DNA of 64,000 nucleotides from an uncultured virus (IMG/VR IMGVR_UViG_3300042691_014085) (lineage: Duplodnaviria > Heunggongvirae > Uroviricota > Caudoviricetes), in the IMG/VR virus record IMGVR_UViG_3300042691_014085, positions 1 to 64,000 of that record; one strand, given 5' to 3'. The notes below the pieces were generated by a model. That model had not been told where the DNA came from and did not search any database. It worked only from the letters and a program-made list of their open reading frames with translations. The first letter of the stretch is position 1. Each line of letters begins with the position of its first letter. Below, one piece after another: positions 16,860 to 26,296 of the stretch. Both the position numbers and the translations under genes were made by a program.

Positions 16860-17325
16860 TCCTTGTTATTTCATCATTTATAAATTTAGCGGTCTCTTCT
16901 GGACCTGCCCCACGATATTGAAATATGCTTTCTTTATCAGAATTATCAATGAAGTTATAGATTGATAGATATTCTGGATATGGAATAAACGTATTAGAAG
17001 AAGCTACTAAAGAATTTATATAAAACTTACCACTTGTATCTTTTGCAAAATTACATAATTCTGCCCCATAAATATTCATTAATTTTTTATTACAAGTTAT
17101 TACGCTTTTGCCATAATATAAAGATCCTTTTATTATATTTTTTGATATTTGTACCGCTTCGTTATTATGTGCAAGCATATCAATAACGATATCAATAATT
17201 GGTGATAATGGTATTTCATCAAAATTGGAATTTCTATCATAAGATATTAGTACATGTTTTTCTTCATCAATAATATTTATTAATGCTTGTGCAACATGCC
17301 CATTTCCAAGCAAAGCAATGTTCAT
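16840..17325 (-). CDS. short homoserine-dehydrogenase-like NAD-binding protein
   Basis: IALLGNGHVA, VITCNKKL, C-terminal GAGPEETA. Confidence 0.6.
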   Translation of the reverse strand: MNIALLGNGHVAQALINIIDEEKHVLISYDRNSNFDEIPLSPIIDIVIDMLAHNNEAVQISKNIIKGSLYYGKSVITCNKKLMNIYGAELCNFAKDTSGKFYINSLVASSNTFIPYPEYLSIYNFIDNSDKESIFQYRGAGPEETAKFINDEITRIETNEK

Positions 17326-17374
17326 AATTTCATTATATCATAGGCATAAATAAATTGTAGTAGAATTAAATACA

Positions 17375-17563
17375 ATGGACAATAAAGAGATAAAAGAAAT
17401 AATCTTTGATGCGCTGCAACATTCATATGCAGATGCTGTAATAGTTCATAAAATAGACAGTGAAAACTCTGCGATTGAAATGGACTACCACATGATCGCA
17501 TATGCAATTATAGATAAACTAAATGAAAACAAATATCAAATAGTAAAATTATCTGAAGCATGA
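17375..17563 (+). CDS. hypothetical protein
   Basis: ORF after TAGAAT -10. Confidence 0.6.
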   Translation: MDNKEIKEIIFDALQHSYADAVIVHKIDSENSAIEMDYHMIAYAIIDKLNENKYQIVKLSEA

Positions 17564-18291
17564 AAAAAGTTTGCAGAGTAGTTTGAATATTTACTTTTTA
17601 AAGTATTAAGATCATCATATAAAAAGTTTTCAATAATTTTATACACAGGTCCGTCATTTTTATTTAAATAATCTAAAACTAAATGTGGAGAATCATTAAA
17701 TATTGTAAAGGATGCGTTTATATTTTCATTATGGCAATAACTTATTGTGTCATATGAATGTGCTTTTTCTTGATCATCAGACCCAAATACAATAAAGTAT
17801 TCTTTGTCTTTTGAATATTGTGAAGTGTGAACATTAAAAGTTTTTAATCTTTCAAGAACAATTCTTAAGTATCCATCATACATATCCATATCCATCTTTT
17901 TTACAAAAAATTGTGGACAAAAAGCAAGGCACCTTTCAAACTCCACATAGTTAGAAAATTGAACTGCATTAAATGCCCCCATAGACATACCCAAAAGGTA
18001 TATTTTTTTATCTTTAATCAAGTGATTTACTTTTTCTAAAATAAAATCTGCAGTAAAATTATTAAACCAGCTAACCATAAGATCAACAACATGTATGATA
18101 TTTTTATCATTGCGGGTATAAAGGTAAAAGTTTTCTTTGGGTTCGGCTGGTGGCTTTAATCCATAAGCAAAAACTATAACTACTGAATCGCTGTTATTAT
18201 CTATGTGAGATATTTTTATAACATCATCTTTATATATTATTTCTGTTTTATTTTTTAATTCTTTTATATCTAAATTATTATATTCCATCAT
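17536..18291 (-). CDS. alpha/beta hydrolase-fold protein
   Basis: GMSMGAF nucleophile elbow, AFCPQ. Confidence 0.7.
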   Translation of the reverse strand: MMEYNNLDIKELKNKTEIIYKDDVIKISHIDNNSDSVVIVFAYGLKPPAEPKENFYLYTRNDKNIIHVVDLMVSWFNNFTADFILEKVNHLIKDKKIYLLGMSMGAFNAVQFSNYVEFERCLAFCPQFFVKKMDMDMYDGYLRIVLERLKTFNVHTSQYSKDKEYFIVFGSDDQEKAHSYDTISYCHNENINASFTIFNDSPHLVLDYLNKNDGPVYKIIENFLYDDLNTLKSKYSNYSANFFHASDNFTI

Positions 18292-18356
18292 AATTTAATT
18301 ATAGCAGGCATTGGTGGCTTGATAGTTACTCAATGTACTGCTATAATTGAATAAAT

Positions 18357-18429
18357 TGGTCTGTAGCTCAGTTGGTAGAGCGTCGCACTGTTAATGCGAA
18401 TGTCGCAGGATCGTGCCCTGCCAGACCAG
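18357..18429 (+). tRNA. tRNA-Asn (GUU)
   Basis: cloverleaf TCGCA-CTGTTAA-TGCGA; atypical T-loop ATCGTGC. Confidence 0.85.
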
Positions 18430-18433
18430 CTGA

Positions 18434-18507
18434 GGTCCATTAGCTCAGTTGGTTAGAGCGCTTCCCTGTCACGGAAGAGGTCGTCAGTTCAAGTCTGATA
18501 TGGATCG
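18434..18507 (+). tRNA. tRNA-Asp (GUC)
   Basis: CTTCC-CTGTCAC-GGAAG. Confidence 0.95.
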
Positions 18508-18511
18508 CCCA

Positions 18512-18584
18512 GTCCCCATCGTCTAGAGGCCTAGGACATCGCCCTTTCACGGCGGTAACACGGGTTCAAATCCCGTTGGGGATA
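18512..18584 (+). tRNA. tRNA-Glu (UUC)
   Basis: TCGCC-CTTTCAC-GGCGG. Confidence 0.95.
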
Positions 18585-18613
18585 CGGGGAAACCCACTTA
18601 TATAAGGAGAAAG

Positions 18614-19192
18614 ATGAAAACAGTAGGATACAAGTTAGAACCATTTCGTATCGTTGGTGTGAAGCCAGGGAGACTTGATGCATCTGATGATGTTTTTGAA
18701 GTGCTAAGCGAACAATGGTTTCCAGGAAAGTGGAAAGTAGTTGTATATTATCCAAAGGATTTTACCTTTGTTTGCCCGACAGAAATTGTCGCATATGATA
18801 AGCTAGTTAACGATTTTAATGATCGTGATGCAGTATTATTAACAGGATCAACAGATAATGAATTTTGTAAGATTGCATGGAGAAATGCACATGAAGATCT
18901 AAAGAAAACAAATTCGTGGTCTTTTGCAGATCAACTTCGTAATAATTCAAAATATTGGACTGAGGCGGAAAATATTCCAACAGGTTTGGCAGAGCAGCTT
19001 GGTGTTCTAAATGATGATGGTGTTGCTCTTCGTGCAACTTTCATTATTGATCCAGACAACGTTATTCAGCATGTTACGGTCAATAATCTTAATGTTGGAA
19101 GAAGCCCAGAGGAGACGTTGCGAATTCTAGATGCTTTGCAAACAGGAGAACTTTGTGCCTGCAATAGACAGCTTGGCGGAGAAACACTCTGA
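18614..19192 (+). CDS. ahpC: peroxiredoxin (alkyl hydroperoxide reductase C)
   Basis: YPKDFTFVCPTE, GRSPEETLRILDALQ, LCACN actinobacterial-type C-terminus. Confidence 0.95.
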   Translation: MKTVGYKLEPFRIVGVKPGRLDASDDVFEVLSEQWFPGKWKVVVYYPKDFTFVCPTEIVAYDKLVNDFNDRDAVLLTGSTDNEFCKIAWRNAHEDLKKTNSWSFADQLRNNSKYWTEAENIPTGLAEQLGVLNDDGVALRATFIIDPDNVIQHVTVNNLNVGRSPEETLRILDALQTGELCACNRQLGGETL

Positions 19193-19701
19193 TGTGGGTG
19201 GAGCAATTAAAAGAGTCTTTGCCTGAGTATGCAAAAGATATAAAACTAAACCTTGATTCTGTTATTAACCGAAGTACAGTTGATCCAGAATTAGCAACTC
19301 ATTTAGCTTTAGCTGCTTCTTTTGCTACTGGTAATGGAAAACTTATTGCTTTTATTGCTGCAAGTTCAGCTAATGAGGTTGAAAAAAACGCCGCAATGAC
19401 CGCTGGTGCGCTAATGGCTCAAAACAATGTATGGTATCCATACGTTGAAATGGCTGATGATCCAGCGCTAAAGGGTTTGCCAGCACAGCTTAGGATGAAT
19501 GCTATTGCATCCCATGGTGGGACAACAAAAGCTAATTTTGAGGCATATTCATTAGCATCATCTATTATTGGAAAGTGTCATTTTTGTGTTAAAGCACATT
19601 ATGAAACACTAAAACAAGAAGGATTTACTGTTGAACAGCTACGTGATATTGGTAGGATTGCAGCAACCGTAAATGCTTTGGCTAAGATACTAAACTCTTA
19701 G
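19192..19701 (+). CDS. ahpD: alkyl hydroperoxide reductase D
   Basis: LPEYAKDIKLNL, MAQNNVWY, CHFCVKAH. Confidence 0.95.
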   Translation: MWVEQLKESLPEYAKDIKLNLDSVINRSTVDPELATHLALAASFATGNGKLIAFIAASSANEVEKNAAMTAGALMAQNNVWYPYVEMADDPALKGLPAQLRMNAIASHGGTTKANFEAYSLASSIIGKCHFCVKAHYETLKQEGFTVEQLRDIGRIAATVNALAKILNS

Positions 19702-19708
19702 CCCTACA

Positions 19709-19780
19709 GCCTCCCTAGCTCAGTGGTAGAGCATCCGCCTTGTAAGCGGAAGGTCGTCAGTTCAATCCTGACGGGGGGCT
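19709..19780 (+). tRNA. tRNA-Thr (UGU)
   Basis: TCCGC-CTTGTAA-GCGGA, canonical cloverleaf. Confidence 0.95.
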
Positions 19781-19805
19781 CTAATCTTTATGGTAAAATG
19801 TATAT

Positions 19806-20789
19806 GTGCAAGAAAAAAATAAATTTTATTTAGATTTTATATATAAAAAATCTTTAGGAGAAGACACTTTAACTTACACATTTTTAAATAGTTTAAAAAA
19901 TAAAAATAATCTTGAACAATTAAAAAATGTTTGTAAATCAGATGTGTTAGTTGGTGGGTGCTCTTTTACTGCTGGAAATGGTTTATCTAATAAAGGAATG
20001 CCTTGGCCTAATTTTCTTGAAAAAAAATTAAACATTCGTGTTGGAGATGTTTCTAAGTCTGCTGCATCAATATCTGGGATAATTTCTAGAATATTTGATT
20101 ATATTGATTTATTTGGTAATCCCAAAATTATATTATGTTTATTTCCAGATTTATTTAGATCATACTTTCCTCAATTTAAAAACTTTTTAATCAATCCTTC
20201 TTCTTCAAAGTATACTAAAGAAAATAAAGAATTTTTTTTAGATGACATTGGTTTTTATAATGTAAATACTTTTGAAAGAGCGCAATATATGCCAAAGTAT
20301 TCTAAAATGCCACATGAAATACAAAATGTTTTGCCTATAGGATCTGCTATATATTTTTCTATACAACAAATAAAGCTATTGGAGTTATACTGTAAATCTG
20401 CTAATATTAAATTAATATATGGTACCTGGGACTATAACACTCACAATTTAATAAATGGTTTAAAAGAAATTTCTAATGATCAATATTTTAAAAATTATGT
20501 AAGCCTAGCAGATTTTGGCATATATAGTTGGAGAAATAATGTTGATATTGCAAATAACTCAACACAATATAGTATTTTTAAAGAATCTTTTTGGAAAGAA
20601 TCAAACAAAGAAATAAAACATAGAGAACAATTAATACAAAATTTTAAAGATGATGAAACATGCCACAAAGAATTAAAAGATTTAGACAAAGAAACATTTC
20701 ATATTGCCAATGACAATATACACTGGGGAAGTCATTCAAATATACATCTAGCAGATTTTTTTTATGAACAAATAAAGGACATTATTTAA
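19806..20789 (+). CDS. SGNH/GDSL-like protein, paralog 2
   Basis: GCSFTAG, FPD..R, D..HWG....H. Confidence 0.7.
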   Translation: MQEKNKFYLDFIYKKSLGEDTLTYTFLNSLKNKNNLEQLKNVCKSDVLVGGCSFTAGNGLSNKGMPWPNFLEKKLNIRVGDVSKSAASISGIISRIFDYIDLFGNPKIILCLFPDLFRSYFPQFKNFLINPSSSKYTKENKEFFLDDIGFYNVNTFERAQYMPKYSKMPHEIQNVLPIGSAIYFSIQQIKLLELYCKSANIKLIYGTWDYNTHNLINGLKEISNDQYFKNYVSLADFGIYSWRNNVDIANNSTQYSIFKESFWKESNKEIKHREQLIQNFKDDETCHKELKDLDKETFHIANDNIHWGSHSNIHLADFFYEQIKDII

Positions 20790-22208
20790 ATGATTATATT
20801 AGGAATTAATGAAACATCTCATGATGCATCTATATCTTTAGTAAAAGATGGAGATATACTTTTTGCTGCTCATGCTGAAAGATATAGTAAAAAGAAAAAT
20901 GATTGGTATAACAATAAAGATATCTATTTGGATATGCTCAATTATGGTACACCAACACATATAGCGTATTATGAACACCCTCAACTAAAAAGATCACGGA
21001 TATTTTTAAAAGGTGGAGCATCGGACTGGAAACCAAATATTCCAATTAATTTACCAGTTAAATATTTTAATCATCATTACTCTCATGCAGCAGCAGGATA
21101 CTATACAAGCAAATTTAATGATGCAGTAATTGTTGTATTAGACGCTATTGGAGAATGGAATACCGCAACAATATGGGTTGGAAATAATAATATAATAAAA
21201 CCTGTCAAAAAATTTAATTACCCATTCAGCTTTGGTTTATTTTATTCTGCATTTACGCAACTAGTAGGTCTTATGCCTAACCAAGAAGAATATATTATGA
21301 TGGGAATGGCAGCATATGGAGATCCAAATAAATATTTTAATAAGGTAAATTCATACTTTCCATCAATTAATAAACAAAAATATAATTTTCATAAAGGCAT
21401 ATCTGACTGGGGATTAATAACAGAACAAGATAAATTTGATATTGCTGCTGCAGTACAAAAAGTTTATGAGTTACGTTTATTAGATTTTATGAGAATGGCA
21501 AGATCACTAACTGGAAAAACTAATTTAGTTTTTATGGGTGGTTGTGCCCTTAACTGTTCTGCTAATACAAAGCTTTGGAGCATATTTGATGATATATGGA
21601 TTATGCCAAATCCTGGCGATGCTGGCTCTTCTTTGGGTGCTGCCGCAGCTCTGTATGGTGAACACTTAAATTGGAAGGGACCATATCTTGGCCATGATAT
21701 ATCAAATCAATATCCTGTAAATGAAATTATAACGTCTTTAATAAAAAATAAAATAGTTGCAGTAGCAAACGGTAGAGCAGAATATGGTCCAAGAGCTTTG
21801 GGCAATAGAAGTATATTAGCAGATCCAAGAGATCCAAATATTAAAGATGAAGTTAATAAAATTAAAAAAAGAGAACTTTTTAGACCATTTGCTCCAGTTG
21901 TTTTAGAAGAATATGCTAGCAAATGGTTTGATATGAAATTTACTTCACCATATATGCAATATGCTGTTAAGTGTTTAAAGCCAGAGCTTATACCGTCTGT
22001 GGTTCACAAAGACGGCACATCAAGAGTACAAACAGTAAACAAAGAACAGCACCCTGGATTACATGAAGTCTTGTCCAACTGGTATTCTTTAACTGGAATA
22101 CCAATACTATTAAATACAAGCTTAAATGTAAAATCTCAACCATTGCTAAATGATAAAAAAGATATATTAGAATGGGAAAGTATTTATGGAGTAAAAATAA
22201 TAGTATGA
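20790..22208 (+). CDS. O-carbamoyltransferase (NodU/CmcH family)
   Basis: HDAS, HHYSHA, GGCALN, EYGPRALGNRSIL, RPFAP, NTSLN. Confidence 0.95.
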   Translation: MIILGINETSHDASISLVKDGDILFAAHAERYSKKKNDWYNNKDIYLDMLNYGTPTHIAYYEHPQLKRSRIFLKGGASDWKPNIPINLPVKYFNHHYSHAAAGYYTSKFNDAVIVVLDAIGEWNTATIWVGNNNIIKPVKKFNYPFSFGLFYSAFTQLVGLMPNQEEYIMMGMAAYGDPNKYFNKVNSYFPSINKQKYNFHKGISDWGLITEQDKFDIAAAVQKVYELRLLDFMRMARSLTGKTNLVFMGGCALNCSANTKLWSIFDDIWIMPNPGDAGSSLGAAAALYGEHLNWKGPYLGHDISNQYPVNEIITSLIKNKIVAVANGRAEYGPRALGNRSILADPRDPNIKDEVNKIKKRELFRPFAPVVLEEYASKWFDMKFTSPYMQYAVKCLKPELIPSVVHKDGTSRVQTVNKEQHPGLHEVLSNWYSLTGIPILLNTSLNVKSQPLLNDKKDILEWESIYGVKIIV

Positions 22209-23080
22209 TTGAAAAAATAGATTTTGATTTTGATAATATTTTTAATAGAAAATTATCAGAAATGATAGAAAACAATAAATTATATAATGATAAATTAATC
22301 AATAAAGTATTTTATAATGAGCATGCTATTGAATATAAGTATAACTCTATTGGATACAGATCAGAAGAATTTGGTAGTCATAATATTATGACATTGGGAT
22401 GTTCGTATACATTTGGCACAGGATTAAATATAGAACAAACTTGGCCGTATATGCTATCAAATAAAATGAGTATGAGCTATGCAAATCTTTCGTACCCTGG
22501 AGATTCTATGCAAGGTCAAGTAATAAAAGCTTTTCAATATTTTAAAGAGTTTGGCCATCCTCAATACATATTCGGAGTTTTTCCAATAGCAAGATTTGAA
22601 ATGCCATATGTAAAAGATAAAATGTGTAAAGTAGATGGCCCTTTAGATATTAATATTAAAAAATCAAATTTAAAATTTATTCAAAAATGTAATTCTTATA
22701 TACATGATTTTGAAAAAATATCAAAAGCTCCACACAATCCAAACACAATACTACCATTTGAATTTGCAATTTTTTATAATTTAATGTTTATACAAATGTT
22801 AGAGCAGTATTGTTTATCAAATAATATAAAAATTGTTTGGACTATATGGGAGCAAGTTTTATCAGATCCATCTCAAACAACAATGCAAAATAAAATTAAT
22901 TCTAATAATTTTTTTATAGAAAAATCTTTATCAATAAAAGATTTATCCTGTCATAAAGAATACAATAAAGATCCATTATTTAAAAATGCAGCTGATTATA
23001 ATTTTAATAAATTACAAGGACATTGGGGTTTTCATAAACATATACACTTATCAGATACTATGTATAGCCTTGTAAATTAA
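22205..23080 (+). CDS. SGNH/GDSL-like protein, paralog 3
   Basis: NSIGYRSEEF, GCSYTFG, HWG...H; probable start at ATG overlapping the upstream stop. Confidence 0.7.
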   Translation: MIEKIDFDFDNIFNRKLSEMIENNKLYNDKLINKVFYNEHAIEYKYNSIGYRSEEFGSHNIMTLGCSYTFGTGLNIEQTWPYMLSNKMSMSYANLSYPGDSMQGQVIKAFQYFKEFGHPQYIFGVFPIARFEMPYVKDKMCKVDGPLDINIKKSNLKFIQKCNSYIHDFEKISKAPHNPNTILPFEFAIFYNLMFIQMLEQYCLSNNIKIVWTIWEQVLSDPSQTTMQNKINSNNFFIEKSLSIKDLSCHKEYNKDPLFKNAADYNFNKLQGHWGFHKHIHLSDTMYSLVN

Positions 23081-23081
23081 A

Positions 23082-23507
23082 TTATTTAGTACTAAACCCA
23101 GTACCGCTCCAGGCCTTTTCAGCCTTTTTCTTTTCACGTTCTACAATTGCACGAGACCAAGAGAATCCTGCATCCCCACCCCATGCGTCCCACATGATGC
23201 GACCATTTGATGGATTGGATGTATTATTAAAATCTTTACCCTTTTTATCTACTTCATGCCGTGAGAAAAACGAATACATGCGCTTAACTGTATCAAGAGA
23301 CAAACCACGACCAGCAACTATATCGCTTGCACGACCCCAACCAACAGGTGTTCCAGCTCCCCTTGCCTTCCCTTGCTCTTTCCATTTAAGTGCACGACGT
23401 GCAGCAGCCTTCATGCCAGATGTCGGCGTATATGTTTCTGCCTTATGAATATCTGATGGTTGAACTATTTTACTTCCCATTTGGCTTATACTCCCCGTAT
23501 TTTCCAA
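23082..23507 (-). CDS. conserved phage protein, possibly virion-associated
   Basis: GTPVGW.RA, TVKRMYSFFSRH, WGGDAG motifs. Confidence 0.75.
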   Translation of the reverse strand: MENTGSISQMGSKIVQPSDIHKAETYTPTSGMKAAARRALKWKEQGKARGAGTPVGWGRASDIVAGRGLSLDTVKRMYSFFSRHEVDKKGKDFNNTSNPSNGRIMWDAWGGDAGFSWSRAIVEREKKKAEKAWSGTGFSTK

Positions 23508-23609
23508 GAACTTCTCTTATTGTACCATTTTTATTTAATCTAACAACATATCCATCTTTAATCTGTATTGGATTAAATCTATGTTTTTTCTTTCTTTGTC
23601 CAGATGACA

Positions 23610-24299
23610 CTAAAGTTTCTTCCAGTAAAAAGCAGAATTTTCCCAAAATAATTTTTCTACAGGAACACAGTTTGGAACCATCTTTCCATTTTTTTCTTTC
23701 ATACCACGCTGAACATATCCTTCCCAGCATGGAGATTTTTTATTCATTTCATCACTACAAACTGGACAATCTTCACAGCTTACATTCATTGCCTTACAGG
23801 TAGGACACCCACAACCTTGATATTCTTTTTTAACATCATCTTCTTTGTCGTCTTCTTCATCCATGCTGTCAATTGACTTATCCATACCCTCGTTTGATTC
23901 AAGAGATGGCATTGCCATAACATCTGATGCTTTTGCACCAATAAAATATTCTGTTTCTTCTAATCCGCCCTCTTCCATTTCAAAGAGCTGAATTAATATT
24001 GCTGGCTCTTCTTTAGAGGCGGCAAGGGCATATTCAGATCCTGGCATACCAAGCATTCCATCAGTCATGACATGAACAACACGACCAACATAAACCTCGT
24101 CGTCATTGGGTGCCATGACCATATCGCCTTCTTTGACCATAGCCTTGCCTATTTTGCCTTCAGAGCGGTTTATTGCATAGATTTGACCTGCAGCAGCAGA
24201 ACGGGTCTTATGGCACCCCATAACCTCATTTGTGCCTTCTTTAAGGGCTGGGTATCCAGAACACCCATAAGATCCTTTAGCACCTACACGATATGGCAT
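23610..24299 (-). CDS. modular phage protein
   Basis: GCH.T...A..Q module and CWEGY...G...PNCVP module. Confidence 0.75.
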   Translation of the reverse strand: MPYRVGAKGSYGCSGYPALKEGTNEVMGCHKTRSAAAGQIYAINRSEGKIGKAMVKEGDMVMAPNDDEVYVGRVVHVMTDGMLGMPGSEYALAASKEEPAILIQLFEMEEGGLEETEYFIGAKASDVMAMPSLESNEGMDKSIDSMDEEDDKEDDVKKEYQGCGCPTCKAMNVSCEDCPVCSDEMNKKSPCWEGYVQRGMKEKNGKMVPNCVPVEKLFWENSAFYWKKL

Positions 24300-24325
24300 A
24301 TATACATTATACCCTATTTATTATT

Positions 24326-24973
24326 TTAAACTGTGGTTTTAAATATAATAAAACAATAGCTGGCGGTATTATCAAAAGTAACTAAGATAAAGTTATATTT
24401 ATTATCTTTAAGATATTTCTTTATAGGTTCATGGGTATAGTAGGTATCTTCAATTACATAAATACCGTTGTGTTTTAGCTTATCCCAGGAGTTTTCAAGA
24501 AAGGTTATGTTGGCATGAGCCTCATGTAAGCCATCGTCTAAAATAACATCAAAGTCAGATTCGCCTATTTGTTCCCACATAGTCTTAATTGATTCTGGAT
24601 CAGTTTGATCAACATAGTATGTTTTAATTCTATCTTCTTCAAACAATATTCTAGAGTCTATGTCTGCTCCATATATCTGAGCATTCCAAAAGTAGTCTCT
24701 CCATCCCCTCAAAGATGCCCCTGGCTTACCATTAGATGTCATGTTAGACTTAACATCTTCATTATTTGTTCCGATACCGCACTCAAAAATCTTCTGAGCG
24801 CTATCACGAATTGTTCCAAATAAGATATGATAAATATCGGTATATCTATTAGCTATCCATCCTGAAGGAGTAATATCTACTTCGTGTGGAGATCCTTTAT
24901 CGCTTCCATAATTTTTCATTAAATGAGATAAAAAGTTGGCACCCTTATCATACTCAATACTTATTTTATTCAT
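24326..24973 (-). CDS. class I SAM-dependent (sugar O-)methyltransferase
   Basis: YGSDKG, ECGIG, SLRGWRDYF, DQTD, DDGLH, YVIED. Confidence 0.85.
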   Translation of the reverse strand: MNKISIEYDKGANFLSHLMKNYGSDKGSPHEVDITPSGWIANRYTDIYHILFGTIRDSAQKIFECGIGTNNEDVKSNMTSNGKPGASLRGWRDYFWNAQIYGADIDSRILFEEDRIKTYYVDQTDPESIKTMWEQIGESDFDVILDDGLHEAHANITFLENSWDKLKHNGIYVIEDTYYTHEPIKKYLKDNKYNFILVTFDNTASYCFIIFKTTV

Positions 24974-24974
24974 G

Positions 24975-25694
24975 TTATCCCCATTTTCTCATTACGAACT
25001 TATCATAAAAATATTCCATTGCAGATTTTGGTGGAATATAATTTTTATCTATTCCGCCACGAGTTGTCATTGAATGATATACAGAAATACTTTTTGATGT
25101 TTTTTCTAATAGCTTAATTTCTTTTAGATTGTTAGGATTCCATAATTTTTCCCATTGTGACCAATGTATCCCGCAAAACATTTCCATCGGATAAACACTA
25201 TCCATTAAATTAAATTTTCTAAAAGCTTTGTCTACAAGTGCTGGACCAACATCAGTCCACTTAATTTTTGTCTTATCAAACTTTGTTGATTTCTTAATTA
25301 AATACTCAAGGGCTGGAGAATTTTGAGGTAATGATAAAACACCACCCACTACTGTTTCATTTTCAAGACATGCATATGTATCACCTAGGTTATCCCAGTC
25401 GTAGGATAAACATATGGTATCTGCATCAACCCAGGCTAATCCCGTTTTTTTAATCATCCTATATCTAAAAAGATCAGAAAAAGCTGCATAAGTATTTTGT
25501 ACAAGAAATAATTCTGACTCATCCATTATTGATCTAGCGTCTTCTTTTTTTATTCCATTCGGAACTTCCATGTTCAAGTCATAAACATATAGAGTTAAAT
25601 TATGCTTATGGTATACAAAAGATGACAAGGATATCTCCTGTATCTTTGTCATACTATTGCCAACCCATAAAGATCCAAAGTTTGCCATAATCAA
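24975..25694 (-). CDS. GT32-like DXD glycosyltransferase
   Basis: FSDLFRY, WVDAD, GPAL. Confidence 0.85.
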   Translation of the reverse strand: MIMANFGSLWVGNSMTKIQEISLSSFVYHKHNLTLYVYDLNMEVPNGIKKEDARSIMDESELFLVQNTYAAFSDLFRYRMIKKTGLAWVDADTICLSYDWDNLGDTYACLENETVVGGVLSLPQNSPALEYLIKKSTKFDKTKIKWTDVGPALVDKAFRKFNLMDSVYPMEMFCGIHWSQWEKLWNPNNLKEIKLLEKTSKSISVYHSMTTRGGIDKNYIPPKSAMEYFYDKFVMRKWG

Positions 25695-26296
25695 ATCACA
25701 ATCTTATTATTTGAGAATTTAAAATTAGTTGCTGCCCTATTGCTGTTTTGATAAAATATTGGATCTGACACTGCGTACACATTATAATATCTTTGTATTC
25801 TAGCAAATCCTTGATCAATATGTATGCCATTGTCCATAGAATATTTAGCAACTCTTGCACAAGCATCCATATATTCTTTATTTATATAAAGAATAGCATG
25901 AGTTGACAACATTGAGCTAATTTTATATACGCTTCTTACATTTTCATGTTTTTTAAAATCAAAATTTTTTGGTTTTGATATATCATCTCTATACCCCCAT
26001 TGGGATAGCCCAAGATAGACTGCATCGGCATCGTTTGGCACTTTAATTATTGGTTGATTATTTTTTATAATACAATCATCTTCTAAAATTATTGTTTCTT
26101 TTTTTAAATCTTTTAGTATGTTGTAATGAGAAGAAGCACATCCTGTTATAGGATTTTCAGGATTATAAACAGCATTAATTCTATTATAATTTTTAAAACC
26201 AAAATTATTGCCAAGATCAATCATTGAGTTATTTTTTTCTTTATGCTTGGCTATGTTGATGTAATAAGTATCTATATCTCTTAGATCAATTATCAT
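25691..26296 (-). CDS. GT25-like glycosyltransferase
   Basis: YYIN, GCASSH, ILEDD, STHAILY. Confidence 0.8.
   Translation of the reverse strand: MIIDLRDIDTYYINIAKHKEKNNSMIDLGNNFGFKNYNRINAVYNPENPITGCASSHYNILKDLKKETIILEDDCIIKNNQPIIKVPNDADAVYLGLSQWGYRDDISKPKNFDFKKHENVRSVYKISSMLSTHAILYINKEYMDACARVAKYSMDNGIHIDQGFARIQRYYNVYAVSDPIFYQNSNRAATNFKFSNNKIVI

Noticed and set aside
14917..19780. tRNAs as prophage attachment sites or host chromosome boundary
   Set aside because: No integrase, no duplicated tRNA 3' ends noticed, and phage-type genes continue on both sides
23470..23730. 86-aa minus-strand ORF as given in the track
   Set aside because: Its 5' half overlaps the 23610 gene; only a shorter downstream part (KKKHRFNPIQIKDG...) is plausibly coding and its start could not be fixed
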